Shown here: in pieces, positions 17,225 to 24,586 of the stretch
How positions within the stretch are numbered: position 1 is the first letter of the stretch
Layout of the letters: each line of letters starts with the position of its first letter
Source: a virus
Lineage: Duplodnaviria > Caudoviricetes
Direction: 5' to 3' (one strand)
Virus record (IMG/VR): IMGVR_UViG_3300049200_000008
Span: 1-24,586 of that record
Length of the DNA: 24,586 nucleotides
Made by a program: the position numbers and the translations under genes
The notes under the pieces: generated by a model
The model's input: the letters and a program-made list of their open reading frames with translations, nothing else
Database searches by the model: none
Told to the model about the DNA's origin: nothing

Positions 17225-18553
17225 ATGGGACTCCTAGACACACTGTCGAACCTGAACCCTGAGCAAACGCAGGGCCTTCTGGCCGCCGCCGCGCAGATGC
17301 TTCAACAGTCCGGGCCATCGCGCACGCCTGTTGGCTTCGGCCAGGTCGTCGGCGGCGGTTTGCAGGCCTACCAGGGCAGCATGATCGACGCCAAGCGCCG
17401 CAAGCAGGAGGAAGAGCACGCCGCCCAGCTTGCGCGCATGCGCGAAATGCAGATGCAGGGCATGCAGGGCGACCTGGCCGAGCAGCAGCGCGCCCGCGAC
17501 GAGCAGCAGGCCATCATGGGCGCGGCCAAGGGTGCATACCGCACGCCCGGGCAGCAGGCCGCAGCGCTGCCTGGCGGCCCGACTATCGAGAATGCGGCGC
17601 GCATCCCCGATATGGCTGGCGGGCTGGATGAGGATGCGTTTATTAATTCGGTGTCGGCGATCAACCCACTCAAGGCGCTCGAGCTGCGCAAGCAGTTTGC
17701 CAAGCAAGGTATTGAGTACAGCACAGACGTGAAGGTGGCGAACGGCCCGGACGGCAAGCCAGTCCTGTACGTCATGGGCAAGAACGGCCAGCCAAAGCTG
17801 CTCGACGGGATGACGCCTCGGGAAAAAGCTGACCTTGTAGCGGCTGGTGGCAAGCATATCGCCACCAATCTTTACGACGTGAAGCCAGGCACCGAATTCA
17901 AGCACACGCAGACGCCAGACTCTCTGGCCAGCATCGGAATGCAGCGCGAGCGCCTGAATTTCGAAAAAGGACAGGCCGGACGACCACAGTTCAATGCTGA
18001 TCTGGGTGGCTTCATCACCCCACCGAACGCGCAGAACCCAGGCGGCAGCCTCACGCCTCTGGCCGGCGCTCCCGCCCGCGCCACGAAGATGACCGAGGAC
18101 CAAGGCAAGGCCACCGGCTGGCTGGTGCAGGCCGAGAACGCCTTCGGCAACATGAAGAAGGCGATCACCAAGGACCCATCGGCCGCGAAGCCAGGCTTTA
18201 ACGACGCCCTGGAGGCAATCCCATCCTTTGGCATGAGCGGCGCGCTGGCCAATACTATGCGCAGCCCTGAACGCCAGCAATTCATGCAGGGCGCGTCGTC
18301 GCTCAGCGAGGCGCTGCTGCGGGCCGCCACCGGCGCCGGCGTCAACCGCGACGAGGCGCTGCAGAAGGTGCGCGAGCTGACCCCTGTGTTTGGCGAGGAC
18401 GAGACGACCACGCAGCAGAAAATGGACGCCATCCCCCTGTATATCGAATCCCTGAAGGTGCGTGCGGGCCCCGGCGCGCCGCTGGCCGCTGGCGTTCTTG
18501 GCAACCGTTCTGCTGCAGGCACCGACGGCTGGTCTATCAAAAAGGTGGATTAA
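17225..18553 (+). CDS. DNA ejection protein 2 (gp20-like position, 442 aa)
   Basis: AAGGA RBS; Gln/Ala-rich helical protein, LRAATGA motif; second of three. Confidence 0.7.
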   Translation: MGLLDTLSNLNPEQTQGLLAAAAQMLQQSGPSRTPVGFGQVVGGGLQAYQGSMIDAKRRKQEEEHAAQLARMREMQMQGMQGDLAEQQRARDEQQAIMGAAKGAYRTPGQQAAALPGGPTIENAARIPDMAGGLDEDAFINSVSAINPLKALELRKQFAKQGIEYSTDVKVANGPDGKPVLYVMGKNGQPKLLDGMTPREKADLVAAGGKHIATNLYDVKPGTEFKHTQTPDSLASIGMQRERLNFEKGQAGRPQFNADLGGFITPPNAQNPGGSLTPLAGAPARATKMTEDQGKATGWLVQAENAFGNMKKAITKDPSAAKPGFNDALEAIPSFGMSGALANTMRSPERQQFMQGASSLSEALLRAATGAGVNRDEALQKVRELTPVFGEDETTTQQKMDAIPLYIESLKVRAGPGAPLAAGVLGNRSAAGTDGWSIKKVD

Positions 18554-20704
18554 ATGGCCAAGTACCAAATCACGGGCCCAGACGGTAAAACCTTCGAGGT
18601 GACCGCGCCGGATGACGCCACGCAAGAGCAGGTCATGGCTTACGCGCAGAAGAATTTCAAGATGGCGGCCACGTCTGCGCCAGCGCCGGCCCCGGCCAAG
18701 CCATTTGGTGAGCAGCTCAACGACTTCGTGGCCGACGTGCCGCGCCAGGTGGGCATGACCGGTCGATACGCCCTCGAAGGCGTCGGCGGCATGGCCGATC
18801 TGGTGGCCACGCCTGCGCGCAAGCTGTTAAACCTGCTGCCGGGCGTGGACATTAAGCCGGGCGTCGGCCAGGTGGCGGCGAACATAGTCGGCCTACCAGA
18901 GCCGCAAACGGCGAAAGAACGTGTCGTCGGTGATGCCGTCCGCATGGGCTTTTCCGCCATGACCGGCGCCGGCATGGCCGGTGGTGTGGGTGCCGTGACC
19001 AGTGGAACCACGAAGACGGTGGCGAACATGATGGCGGCAAACCCTGGCATGCAAACCGTGTCTGGCGCCGCGGCTGGTGGCGCTGGCGGCTACACGCGCG
19101 AGACAGGCGGCAACGAGTTTTCCCAGCTGCTCGCATCCCTGGGCGCTGGCCTGGCCACGCCGTTCGCCATGAGCGGCATGCAGCGCGCCATGGAAGCCAC
19201 CAAGGCCATGGGCCGGGCCAAACCAGTGCCGACGCTGCAGCAGATCGACATCACGATCAACAACGCGATGCAGGACAGCGGCATTAACCTGGGCAAGATC
19301 CCTGCCGACGTGGCGCGCAGCATCCGGGCCGACGTGGCCCAGGCCATGCAGACGGGCGAGAACCTGTCGCCAGAAGCGGTTCGCCGCCTGGCCGACTACC
19401 GCCTTACCGGCCTGACGCCGACGGCGGCCAAGCTCACCCTCGATCCGGCCATGGTCACGCAGCAGGAGAACCTGGCCAAGCTTGGCATCAACAGCAAGGA
19501 CGCGGCGGCCCAGCAGCTCGGCCAGGTCAAGAACGCGAACAACCGGGCGCTGACGGCGGGCCTCAATACCCTGGGTGCCGCAACGACCGATGATGCAATT
19601 GCCGGCGCCGGGAAGATCGCGGGCGCGCTCGAGCAGCGCAATGCCCGGGCCCAGTCCTTGATCAACGACCGTTATGCCGCTGCGCGCGCCACCGACGGCC
19701 GCTCTGCCGCGCTCGATCCGCACGCCTTCACTCAGCGGGCCAGCAACCTGTTGGACGAGGCGCTGCTGGGCTCGAAGCTGCCAGCCGACGTCAAAAACCT
19801 GCTGAATCAGGCCGCCGAGAGCAAGCTCCCGCTCACCGTAGATGTAGCCGAACAGCTCAAGACGCGAATCGGGGACCTGCAGCGGGCCAGCATCGACGCA
19901 TCCGAGCGCAAGGCCCTGGGCATGGTGCGCACCGCTCTGGACGACACCCCACTGCTGCCGGGCCAGCAACTCGGCAAGGAATCCATCGACGCCTTCAACA
20001 AGGCCCGGGCCCTGAACCGCAAGTGGATGGGTATCGTGGAGCGGACACCAGCCCTGCAGGCCGTGCGCGACGGTGTGGAGCCGGACAAGTTCGTTGCCAC
20101 CTTCATCACCGGCAACGGCAAGACGGCGAACGTCATGGATGTGGCCATGCTCAAGAACTCAATCAAGAGCAGCCCGGAAGCCATGGACGCGGTGCGCGCC
20201 CAGATCATGAGCCACCTGAAGGGCAAGGCCCTGGGCGGCGGGCCGGACGAGGCGGCGAACTTCAGCCAGTCGGCATTCAACAAGGCACTGGAATCGATAG
20301 GGGAGCGCAAGCTGAAACTGTTCTTCGAGCAGCCAGCCATCGACCAGCTCAAGGCCTTGGGCCGCGTGGCGCGCTACGAGCAGTTCCAGCCTGTCGGCAG
20401 CGCAGTGAACAACTCGAACACCGCCTCCACCGGTATGGCGGCCATGCTGGACCGGATTGGCTCTAGCTCGATGCTGTCGAAAATTCCATTCGGGAAGCTG
20501 GCGCAGGAGCCGATCCAGAACATCACGATTGGGATGCAGGCCGGAAAGGCGCTCAATGCACCTGGGGCGCTGACGAATGGGGTGCGTCAACCATCGCTGC
20601 CGGCACCGAAAAGGCCGTTAGCGTTCTCGCCCGCGCTGGGGCTGTTGGGTGCGGAGGATGAAGAGGCGCGCCGGCGGCGCCAAGCGGGCTTACTTTTTCC
20701 GTGA
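18554..20704 (+). CDS. DNA ejection protein 3 (gp16-like position, 716 aa)
   Basis: MAKYQITGPDGKTFEVTAPDDAT N-terminus; Gly/Ala-rich hydrophobic stretches; largest and last of three. Confidence 0.75.
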   Translation: MAKYQITGPDGKTFEVTAPDDATQEQVMAYAQKNFKMAATSAPAPAPAKPFGEQLNDFVADVPRQVGMTGRYALEGVGGMADLVATPARKLLNLLPGVDIKPGVGQVAANIVGLPEPQTAKERVVGDAVRMGFSAMTGAGMAGGVGAVTSGTTKTVANMMAANPGMQTVSGAAAGGAGGYTRETGGNEFSQLLASLGAGLATPFAMSGMQRAMEATKAMGRAKPVPTLQQIDITINNAMQDSGINLGKIPADVARSIRADVAQAMQTGENLSPEAVRRLADYRLTGLTPTAAKLTLDPAMVTQQENLAKLGINSKDAAAQQLGQVKNANNRALTAGLNTLGAATTDDAIAGAGKIAGALEQRNARAQSLINDRYAAARATDGRSAALDPHAFTQRASNLLDEALLGSKLPADVKNLLNQAAESKLPLTVDVAEQLKTRIGDLQRASIDASERKALGMVRTALDDTPLLPGQQLGKESIDAFNKARALNRKWMGIVERTPALQAVRDGVEPDKFVATFITGNGKTANVMDVAMLKNSIKSSPEAMDAVRAQIMSHLKGKALGGGPDEAANFSQSAFNKALESIGERKLKLFFEQPAIDQLKALGRVARYEQFQPVGSAVNNSNTASTGMAAMLDRIGSSSMLSKIPFGKLAQEPIQNITIGMQAGKALNAPGALTNGVRQPSLPAPKRPLAFSPALGLLGAEDEEARRRRQAGLLFP

Positions 20705-20767
20705 CCAGTACCAGGCGTTGATGATAAACGCCAGCAGAGCACCTAGTTGGATCGGGTCGTAATGCAT
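20690..20767 (-). CDS. 25-aa single-pass membrane peptide MHYDPIQLGALLAFIINAWYWSRKK (below the ORF-track cutoff)
   Basis: Hand translation; AGGGA 5 nt before the ATG; TATAAT upstream; hydrophobic core, aromatic belt, basic tail. Confidence 0.7.
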   Translation of the reverse strand: MHYDPIQLGALLAFIINAWYWSRKK

Positions 20768-20788
20768 GTTTTTCCCTGTTTTTTCCAC

Positions 20789-20794
20789 ATTATA
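20789..20794 (-). promoter_or_regulatory. Consensus -10 box for the antisense peptide gene
   Basis: ATTATA on + reads TATAAT on -, 21 nt upstream of the ATG; no clear -35 found. Confidence 0.5.
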
Positions 20795-20795
20795 G

Positions 20796-20820
20796 GCCAC
20801 CTCCGGGTGGCTTTCTTATT
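20796..20820 (+). terminator. Intrinsic terminator after the ejection genes
   Basis: GCCACC-TCCG-GGTGGC-TTTCTTATT. Confidence 0.75.
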
Positions 20821-20832
20821 TAAGGACGAGCA

Positions 20833-21033
20833 ATGCGCGATACAGCAAACGAGATTTCCGACGCCATACTCAAGGCTGCACCGCCCGCTGCCGTGGCATT
20901 CTCCGACCTGGTTCTTGGCCTCACGGTCGAAAAGTGGCTGACGGTCACCCTGATCGTATACACGCTGCTGCAGATCGTGGTGATCGTGCGGGACAGGCTG
21001 GTGCGCCGCAAGCGCGCGGAGGATCGGCAATGA
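20833..21033 (+). CDS. Holin, T7 gp17.5-like (66 aa)
   Basis: LKAAP..GLTVEKW..IVYTLLQI pattern, basic C-terminus; ATGA overlap with the endolysin. Confidence 0.8.
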   Translation: MRDTANEISDAILKAAPPAAVAFSDLVLGLTVEKWLTVTLIVYTLLQIVVIVRDRLVRRKRAEDRQ

Positions 21034-21575
21034 GCGTCCAATCCTTGATCGACTGCATCATCGAGCGCGAAGGCGGCTTTACCGACCACCCGAGCGACCT
21101 GGGCGGGCCTACCTGCTGGGGCATCACCGAGGCCGTCGCGCGCCAGAATGGCTATGCGGGCGACATGCACGCCCTGCCCCGCCAGTTCGCCGTCGAGGTG
21201 TACCGGCGCCGCTACGTGGACGAGCCTGGCTTCGGCAAGATCATTGCCCTGTCCGAGCGCATCGCTGAGGAGCTGGTGGACACGGGCGTCAACATGGGCC
21301 CAAGCATCCCGGCGCACTGGCTGCAGCGCATCCTGAACGCGCTGAACCGCCAGGGCAAGGACTACGCCGATATCGTGGTCGATGGCCAGATCGGCCCGGC
21401 CACCCTGCACTCGCTCAGCTGCCTGCTGGCCAAGCGCAGCTTCGAGGGTGAGCAAGCTGTACTGCGGCTGCTGAACTGCCTACAGGGCGCCCGCTACCTG
21501 GAGATTTCCGAGGCGCGGGGCCAGAACGAAGAATTCCTTTTCGGCTGGATTATGAACCGTGTGGAGGTCGTATGA
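21030..21575 (+). CDS. Endolysin, glycoside hydrolase family 108 with a C-terminal peptidoglycan-binding domain (181 aa)
   Basis: EGGFTDHPSDLGGPTCWGIT, DTGVNMG, VDGQIGPATL, FLFGWIMNRV. Confidence 0.93.
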   Translation: MSVQSLIDCIIEREGGFTDHPSDLGGPTCWGITEAVARQNGYAGDMHALPRQFAVEVYRRRYVDEPGFGKIIALSERIAEELVDTGVNMGPSIPAHWLQRILNALNRQGKDYADIVVDGQIGPATLHSLSCLLAKRSFEGEQAVLRLLNCLQGARYLEISEARGQNEEFLFGWIMNRVEVV

Positions 21576-21706
21576 AACGTTTTGCCATTATTGTCGCATT
21601 GCTCGCCCTGGCCGGCTGCGCGAACCTGAAATTCCAGTGGGCGGCATCCTACCAGACCGACAACCTGGCGGCCGACATCGAGGCCGCGCGCGCGGAACGG
21701 AAATGA
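21572..21706 (+). CDS. 44-aa lipoprotein MKRFAIIVALLALAGC-ANLKFQW... (not in the ORF track)
   Basis: GGAGG RBS, lipobox LAGC, ATGA overlaps at both ends. Confidence 0.8.
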   Translation: MKRFAIIVALLALAGCANLKFQWAASYQTDNLAADIEAARAERK

Positions 21707-22086
21707 GCGGCTTCTTCTCCAAATTGGCCATGGAAGCGGTCGGGGACGACGACAGCGGGCAGTGGGTATTGACTGAAGCACTGCTCTACTATTCCAGCGT
21801 GGCAGACCGTCTTATCGTCGTCCCGAAGGGTTTCCAGACGGACCTGGCCAGCACGCCGCGCCTGCCGGTCATCTACCTGCTCGCCGGGAACGTGGCCACG
21901 AAAGCGGCCGTCGTCCATGACTGGCTGTATTCGTCGGGCGAGGTGTCACGCAAGGTGGCCGACGCGGTTCTGCGCGAGGCGTCGGAGGCGTCCGGGGTGT
22001 CTTGGTTCCAGCGCTGGATGATGTGGGCCGGGGTGCGCATTGGCGGCTCGTCGCACTATACGAGCCAGGAAAAGCAAGCAATCTGA
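21703..22086 (+). CDS. DUF1353 family protein (127 aa)
   Basis: IVVPKGFQTDLASTPR, AAVVHDWLY, ADAVLREA, MWAGVRIGG. Confidence 0.85.
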   Translation: MSGFFSKLAMEAVGDDDSGQWVLTEALLYYSSVADRLIVVPKGFQTDLASTPRLPVIYLLAGNVATKAAVVHDWLYSSGEVSRKVADAVLREASEASGVSWFQRWMMWAGVRIGGSSHYTSQEKQAI

Positions 22087-22118
22087 ATTTTCTGGCATTG
22101 AAGTGCCAAAATTGCCGC

Positions 22119-22131
22119 CAAGTTATTGATT
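22119..22131 (-). promoter_or_regulatory. IHF binding site
   Basis: CAAGTTATTGATT is an exact match to YAANNNNTTGATW, between the left arm repeats and the core. Confidence 0.75.
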
Positions 22132-22206
22132 CAAATAGAAACACGACACCGGCTCGGGGCACCAGAGGAATTTTGGGTGATTTTCCGTAAGAACGTGTTG
22201 GATCAT

Positions 22207-22248
22207 AAAAGACCGTGTTTTCCACTATGAAAACAGCGGTCTTTTTTT
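22207..22248 (+). terminator. Intrinsic terminator downstream of the att core, possibly bidirectional
   Basis: AAAAGACCGTGTTTTC-CACTAT-GAAAACA(G)CGGTCTTTTTTT. Confidence 0.8.
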
Positions 22249-22340
22249 ACGCCTATCAGTTCGTCAATTTGTTCTTTATAAGGGGTTAGCCGGGGTAATA
22301 GTGCTACCATCTGCCAAAAAATGGCAAAGGGAATGGCAAA

Positions 22341-23306
22341 ATGGCGGCACCAGTAAAGGATGGAAATGTCTGGCGGCACAGGATTCAGGTGGGCGGCAAG
22401 CGGGTATCTGGCACGTTCGACACGAAGGCGGCAGCACTTGCTTGGGAGGCGGATCAGCGCGTGCAAATCAAAGGCGGCCCGGCGGCCGCAACGCGCAAGA
22501 CCATGGCCGACGCCTTCACCAAGTACGAATTGGAGGTGTCCAAAAAGAAGCGGAGCCACCTTAACGAGGCGAAGCGCCTAGCAGCCTTCCGTGCCTCGTC
22601 GCTGGCCGATATACGCGTGTCGGAGCTGCGCGCCGCTGACATCGCTGCCTGGCGCGACACCCGACTGGAAAAGGTCAAGGGATCGAGCGTCAACCGCGAC
22701 ATGAACCTGCTGTCGCACGTTCTGACCATCGCCCGCAAGGAGTGGCACTGGCTCGATGCCAGCCCATCAAAGGATGTGGCCCGCCCTGAAAATCCACCAG
22801 CGCGCGACCGCCTTATCACGGAAGGCGAGATTGACGCCATCTGCCTAGCCCTGGGCCTCGATAGGGCGACGCAGTGGTCGGCGCCCACCACCAAGCAGTA
22901 TCGCATCGCCCTCGCCTTCCTGTGGGCCATTGAGACAGCAATGCGGGCTGGGGAGATTTGCGCACTACGCAAGGGAGATGTGACAGGGCGCGTGGCTAGG
23001 CTTCACATGACGAAGAACGGAACGCCGCGAAGCGTACCGCTTTCGGCCGCCGCGCTTGCGATTTGGGAGGTGGTGCCGGATGGCTTCGAACTGGATTCCA
23101 AAGGCCTGGACACACTGTTTCGCAAGGCCAAGGAGCGATCTGGCGTCAAGGGCCTGACCTTCCACGACACCAGGCACGAGGCGATCACCAGGCTAGCCAA
23201 GAAGCTGCATGTGCTTGACCTTGCGCGCATGGTAGGCCACAAGGATATCCGCCAGCTCATGCGCTACTACAACGAGTCGGCCGAAGATATCGCCGCCAAG
23301 TTATGA
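22341..23306 (+). CDS. int: Tyrosine integrase (321 aa)
   Basis: Catalytic motifs TAMRAGE, TKNG, FHDTRHE, VGH, RYY. Confidence 0.95.
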   Translation: MAAPVKDGNVWRHRIQVGGKRVSGTFDTKAAALAWEADQRVQIKGGPAAATRKTMADAFTKYELEVSKKKRSHLNEAKRLAAFRASSLADIRVSELRAADIAAWRDTRLEKVKGSSVNRDMNLLSHVLTIARKEWHWLDASPSKDVARPENPPARDRLITEGEIDAICLALGLDRATQWSAPTTKQYRIALAFLWAIETAMRAGEICALRKGDVTGRVARLHMTKNGTPRSVPLSAAALAIWEVVPDGFELDSKGLDTLFRKAKERSGVKGLTFHDTRHEAITRLAKKLHVLDLARMVGHKDIRQLMRYYNESAEDIAAKL

Positions 23307-23546
23307 GCGACTTTCCAGCCACGCCACGACCTCTCGAGCTTTCCACAGCGCCCTACCCTTGCCGGCGCCTGGAATGCGCATAGGCTTCGGGAAATCAGGC
23401 TGCACGACGATTTCCCGCCGCACCGTGTCGACTGTGCGCTTCATATACCGCGCGATGTGCTCAGTGTCCCATGCGTCGATCTGGACCGGGATCAGCGCGC
23501 CGGCAACCTTGTTCAGCAATTCCTGCAATAGTTCTTCGGTGCTCAT
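23301..23546 (-). CDS. Excisionase / AlpA-like recombination directionality factor (81 aa)
   Basis: Helix-turn-helix followed by DFPKP and LWKAREVVAW; convergent with int, 6-bp overlap. Confidence 0.75.
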   Translation of the reverse strand: MSTEELLQELLNKVAGALIPVQIDAWDTEHIARYMKRTVDTVRREIVVQPDFPKPMRIPGAGKGRALWKAREVVAWLESRS

Positions 23547-24007
23547 GCGGACTCCCGTGGTTTTGGTGCAGCAGCGGCGCTAGTGCGAATCTGCAAATAC
23601 TCTTTCAATAGCCTGACGATCATGCCGCCGCCCAATTTGTGTGGGTATGTGCTGTACGCATCGGTCCAAAATTGCACAGTCTCAAGCGGCATGAAGCCAT
23701 CAGGCACCGCTGCTACTGTCCCACCCTTACGCCAATCAGCCAACTCCTGATCCTTGAAATAGCCGACAGGGCGCACATGCACGTTACCCGGCGCGTAGTA
23801 CTCTGTCATGCGATCAGGCCACGGCTTCACCGCTGCTACTGGCGGCAGTGCTGCGCGCGCTATCTTCCAGCCCTCCCAGCGCCCGACCATTCCGTGGTGT
23901 TTGTATTGGCCGCCCGACCAGCGTTCAAACAGTTTCTCATCGGGGTTTATTTCACGTATCGCTGCCTCAAACGCATCGCGCTCGGCTTGGCTCTCTGGAT
24001 TGCTCAT
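23543..24007 (-). CDS. Phage hypothetical protein (154 aa)
   Basis: GAGGA RBS; ATGA coupling to the excisionase; ERDAFEA..WEGW.ARA pattern. Confidence 0.7.
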   Translation of the reverse strand: MSNPESQAERDAFEAAIREINPDEKLFERWSGGQYKHHGMVGRWEGWKIARAALPPVAAVKPWPDRMTEYYAPGNVHVRPVGYFKDQELADWRKGGTVAAVPDGFMPLETVQFWTDAYSTYPHKLGGGMIVRLLKEYLQIRTSAAAAPKPRESA

Positions 24008-24010
24008 GGG

Positions 24011-24127
24011 TCAGTTCCTCGTTGCTTTGTTGAGCGCGCAAATAAAAGTGCCGACAGAACAGCCGATGCCAAAGAAAAATACCGCCTTCAGGCACTCCCA
24101 CGCCCACGGTGCGATAGTGAAAGTCAT
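24011..24127 (-). CDS. 38-aa hydrophobic protein MTFTIAPWAWECLKAVFFFGIGCSVGTFICALNKATRN
   Basis: Hand translation; GGAG RBS, ATGA overlap; fills the gap between neighbours. Confidence 0.65.
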   Translation of the reverse strand: MTFTIAPWAWECLKAVFFFGIGCSVGTFICALNKATRN

Positions 24128-24426
24128 GTTGGCTCCATCATCTTCTTCAATTCGTCCTTCGTGTAGCCGTTGAACATGTCGCGTGACTCCATCGCGTCGA
24201 GTAGTAGGCGCTCAATTCTTGGAGCAAGATACTTCGCGTAGCCAGCACGAGTTTGTTTGACGCGTTTGACAACAGCGGCGGGCGTGTCGAAGATTGGAAG
24301 CGCGCCATCGGATATCTTCAACGGCGTGAAAACAATCTCCATTGCGTCCTCCAGCGGCGCCCATGCCGTAGCGAGACTCTCGCCACGGCGCGTCTCGATA
24401 TAGACTTTGATGGTGTATTCGCTCAT
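24124..24426 (-). CDS. Phage hypothetical protein (100 aa, MSEYTIKVYIE...)
   Basis: GGAGGGG RBS before ATG 24426; ATGA overlaps. Confidence 0.7.
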   Translation of the reverse strand: MSEYTIKVYIETRRGESLATAWAPLEDAMEIVFTPLKISDGALPIFDTPAAVVKRVKQTRAGYAKYLAPRIERLLLDAMESRDMFNGYTKDELKKMMEPT

Positions 24427-24586
24427 CGCTTCCCCTCCAACTGTGCACGAGCCAGAGCGGCGGCAGCGGCTAGCGCGTCGCGATGTCCCGCTCTGTACGC
24501 GATCACCGATGGATGGTTGCCGCGTCGAGGACGGCATGCCACCGCCTCAATCGCCGCCACCAGGTCCACCGCTGGCTGTGCTGGGG
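24423..24586 (-). CDS. 3' end of a hypothetical protein running off the window (...IAYRAGHRDALAAAAALARAQLEGKR*)
   Basis: Open frame to the window edge; TGA overlaps the ATG at 24426. Confidence 0.6.
   Translation of the reverse strand, partial: PAQPAVDLVAAIEAVACRPRRGNHPSVIAYRAGHRDALAAAAALARAQLEGKR

Larger units (their letters stand above)
22092..22349. other. Putative attP: tRNA 3'-end-like core at 22149-22164, IHF site, arm-type repeats
   Basis: Core CCGGCTCGGGGCACCA; TGCCAAAA at 22104 and 22312; AATGGCAAA at 22320 and 22332; TGCCGCCA (22113) inverted with TGGCGGCA (22342); AT-rich gap next to int. Confidence 0.75.
1..24586. mobile_element. Temperate P22-like podovirus genome segment: packaging, head, tail, ejection, lysis, attP, int/xis, early genes
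   Basis: Continuous phage gene order with tightly coupled start/stop codons; no host housekeeping genes; no tape measure or sheath gene. Confidence 0.96.

Noticed and set aside
20743-21030. 95-aa minus-strand ORF from the track
   Set aside because: Antisense to the holin; the supported minus-strand gene is the 25-aa ORF in another frame
22144-22164. Complete tRNA gene
   Set aside because: Only a 3'-end-like fragment is present; no D arm, anticodon arm or TTCG loop upstream
1-24586. CRISPR array, IS element, invertible segment or recognisable defence system
   Set aside because: No repeat-spacer array, transposase, invertase or known defence motifs seen by eye

Overview
The whole window is temperate podovirus-type phage DNA. 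On the + strand: a hairpin-rich leader, terminase small and large subunits (the large one broken by a frameshift at about 1307), a P22-like portal, a four-gene fibre-like insert, scaffold, P22-like coat protein, putative decoration proteins, head-tail adaptor, glycine-rich tail fibre and partner, nozzle, three ejection proteins, and a lysis cassette (T7-type holin, GH108 endolysin, tiny lipoprotein, DUF1353). An AT-rich gap then holds what looks like an intact attP (tRNA 3'-end-like core, IHF site, arm repeats, terminator), followed by a tyrosine integrase, a convergent excisionase and minus-strand early genes. Phage genes flank both sides of the att core, so this looks like an excised or virion-form genome, or a tandem junction, rather than a prophage end. 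The most interesting signals are an unannotated 25-aa antisense membrane peptide with its own -10 box behind the last ejection gene, the portal-coupled appendage cassette with RYFG repeats, a lysis cassette lacking an i-spanin, and an anti-Shine-Dalgarno sRNA-like element before terS. All family calls come from motif recognition and gene order; no searches were run. A betaproteobacterial host is a guess.
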